Source: a virus
Taxonomy: Duplodnaviria > Caudoviricetes
Direction: 5' to 3' (one strand)
Length of the DNA stretch: 44,391 bases
IMG/VR virus record: IMGVR_UViG_3300020045_001573
Location: 1-44,391 of that record
The notes under the pieces: model-generated
What the model was told of the DNA's origin: nothing
What the model saw: only the letters and a program-made list of their open reading frames with translations
The model's database searches: none
Shown: piece after piece, positions 42,645 through 44,391 of the stretch
Numbering within the stretch: the first letter of the stretch is position 1
Layout: each line of letters starts with the position of its first letter
Translations under genes and position numbers: made by a program

Positions 42645-44391
42645 ATGACTTCACCTACCGGCAAACCTCGCGGACGGCCTCGTAAAGATTCAGTATTAAG
42701 GGCTGACGGCCCATTTTCTAACGTATTTTTGTCGGTCGGAAACAGCAAAGACCGCAGCTCATACACCACGGCAGGAACTCCGCGTATCCTTGAGCTTCAA
42801 GAGCTTGAAAACCTGTACCAAGGCAACGGCTTCGCCCGTCGAATCATCGACCTGCCAGCGTCTGACATGGTGCGAGCGTCATTCGAGATTGAAGGCGTAG
42901 AGGATTGTGAGCCTATCCTGGCTGAGCTAGAGGGAATCAATATGATGCCTAAGCTGTGCGACGCTATCAAGTGGTCTAGCTTGTACGGCGGGGCCTTGGT
43001 AGTCATGCTGGTGAATGACGGTGGCATGATGGAGGATGACCTGGTGCCTGATCGGGCTAAGTCGTTGGAGCAGTTGCGCGTCTACGATCGTCACCAAGTG
43101 ACACGGTACAAGAAGTACACAGACCCGAGTGACATGCGCTTTGGTGGCACTGAGCTTTACATGATTTCGCCTTTGGAGGGCTCGCCTTACGTCGTGCATG
43201 AGTCGCGCTGTCTGGTATTTGATGGAGTCTCAGTGCCTGACCGTACCCGAGCCATTAATGATGGCTGGGGGGCTAGTGTGCTGCAACAATGCGCCGATCA
43301 GTTGACCCGCTTTGGTATGTCTCACATTTGGGCTAACTCGCTGGTCGAGCGTGCCCAGCAAGCGGTGCATGGCATACCTGATTTGACAAATACATTACGC
43401 GCACCAGGCGGTGAGGCATTAGTTCGCCAGCGCATTGACTTGGTTGACATGGCTAGGTCTATCAATAACACCGTTGTCATTGATGCCGTTGAGAGCTACG
43501 ATCTAAAGTCAACGTCACTGAGTGGCGTGCCTGACCTTATCGACCGTTTCGCGCTGGCTTTGTCGGCTGTTACTGGTATTCCTGAGTCGTTGCTATTTGG
43601 GAAGGCTACAGGCGGGTTAACCGCGTCTGGTGGCAATGATCTGGAGAACTGGTATTCAAAAGTAAGCCAGTTGCAAGAAACAATTCTTTTACCGGCTGTT
43701 GATAAGCTGTGCGCAATCCAGATGCATATCATGGGCCGGTATGTTGAGGATTACAAAATTGAGTTTGAATCTCTGTTTATGCCAAGCGGAAAAGAGAAAG
43801 CTGAGATTGAAAAGCTAGAGGCTGACGCAAAGAAAGTAGCGGCTGACACGGCTAACATCTATGTGACTTTGGGCTCACTTGACCCGTCCGAGCTTCGCGC
43901 TTACTTGGCCAGCGAAGGCGAATACAAGATTGATGATGTGCCTTTAATGGCTGAAATGCCTGATGTGCTGTTGGAGCCTGACGCAGTGGCTGAAGAGGTT
44001 ATTACAGCCCCAACGGACAAAGAACTGGCTGAGATTGACTACATTAGGGCTAAGACTGAGGCCATTCGTAAGCCTGCACCTGTTGCAAAACAGGATGCAA
44101 TGCCTTTCATTATTCAGCCTAACATTGAAATCAAGCAACCTAATATCGATGTGCGATTTGATATGCCTGAGATTAAAATCCCTGAAATCAAGGTGAACGT
44201 CGAGGCCGCAAAGGTTGATGCGCCTATTGTGAATGTGCATGTACCTAAGCAAGATGCGGCGGTGATCAATATTAATAATGACATTCAACCGGCACCCGTT
44301 ACAATCAATAATACGCATCCTGTTAGCAGCATGCAGGTTGTTGAGCGTGATAGTGTGACTCAAGAGATTATCGGCACAAAAACCACTTACA
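42645..44391 (+). CDS. portal protein (DUF1073 family), runs off the window end; not in ORF track
   Basis: ATG 42645 after AAGGA; LY...GFARRIIDLPASDM, LYGG, VHESR, GWG.SVL, AVTGIP...LFG...GGL motifs; same frame open to the end of the window. Confidence 0.9.
   Translation, partial: MTSPTGKPRGRPRKDSVLRADGPFSNVFLSVGNSKDRSSYTTAGTPRILELQELENLYQGNGFARRIIDLPASDMVRASFEIEGVEDCEPILAELEGINMMPKLCDAIKWSSLYGGALVVMLVNDGGMMEDDLVPDRAKSLEQLRVYDRHQVTRYKKYTDPSDMRFGGTELYMISPLEGSPYVVHESRCLVFDGVSVPDRTRAINDGWGASVLQQCADQLTRFGMSHIWANSLVERAQQAVHGIPDLTNTLRAPGGEALVRQRIDLVDMARSINNTVVIDAVESYDLKSTSLSGVPDLIDRFALALSAVTGIPESLLFGKATGGLTASGGNDLENWYSKVSQLQETILLPAVDKLCAIQMHIMGRYVEDYKIEFESLFMPSGKEKAEIEKLEADAKKVAADTANIYVTLGSLDPSELRAYLASEGEYKIDDVPLMAEMPDVLLEPDAVAEEVITAPTDKELAEIDYIRAKTEAIRKPAPVAKQDAMPFIIQPNIEIKQPNIDVRFDMPEIKIPEIKVNVEAAKVDAPIVNVHVPKQDAAVININNDIQPAPVTINNTHPVSSMQVVERDSVTQEIIGTKTTY

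Noticed and set aside
42645-44391. Anti-CBASS Acb1 nuclease fused to the DUF1073 portal
   Set aside because: The visible extension is low-complexity and lacks the paired HxT/S motifs of a 2H phosphoesterase; the unseen remainder cannot be judged
1-44391. Prophage/lysogeny module, diversity-generating retroelement, introns or inteins
   Set aside because: No integrase, CI-like repressor, reverse transcriptase or homing endonuclease recognised; terminase, helicases and ThyA are of normal length; no host genes flank the phage genes

Overview
The whole window is one tailed dsDNA phage genome segment with a contractile (myovirus-type) tail, probably infecting a Gram-negative proteobacterium. It starts in the last codons of a probable major capsid gene and ends inside the portal gene. 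The + strand carries head-tail joining, sheath (DUF3383-type), tube, chaperones, tape measure, baseplate, tailspike/fibre and lysis genes (1-21.2 kb). A - strand early/replication block follows (21.2-36.7 kb: MazG, RuvC-like resolvase, two SF2 helicases, Cas4-like nuclease, DNA methyltransferase, DUF669 SSB, Sak4-like ATPase, ThyA, dCMP deaminase). Then come a + strand primase-helicase, a repeat-rich putative origin, the terminase subunits and the portal. No integrase, repressor or DNA polymerase is recognisable. Two antisense inserts interrupt the structural operon. The first is a 2.3 kb island of small genes (3845-6155) containing a 35-aa type IV prepilin-like peptide missed by the ORF track. 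The second is a ~650 nt non-coding cluster (12388-13040) with one canonical tRNA(CAT) and at least two non-canonical tRNA-shaped RNAs with complementary D-like/T-like loops; this is the best candidate for an undescribed system. Family assignments come from motif recognition and synteny only; no database searches or folding programs were run.
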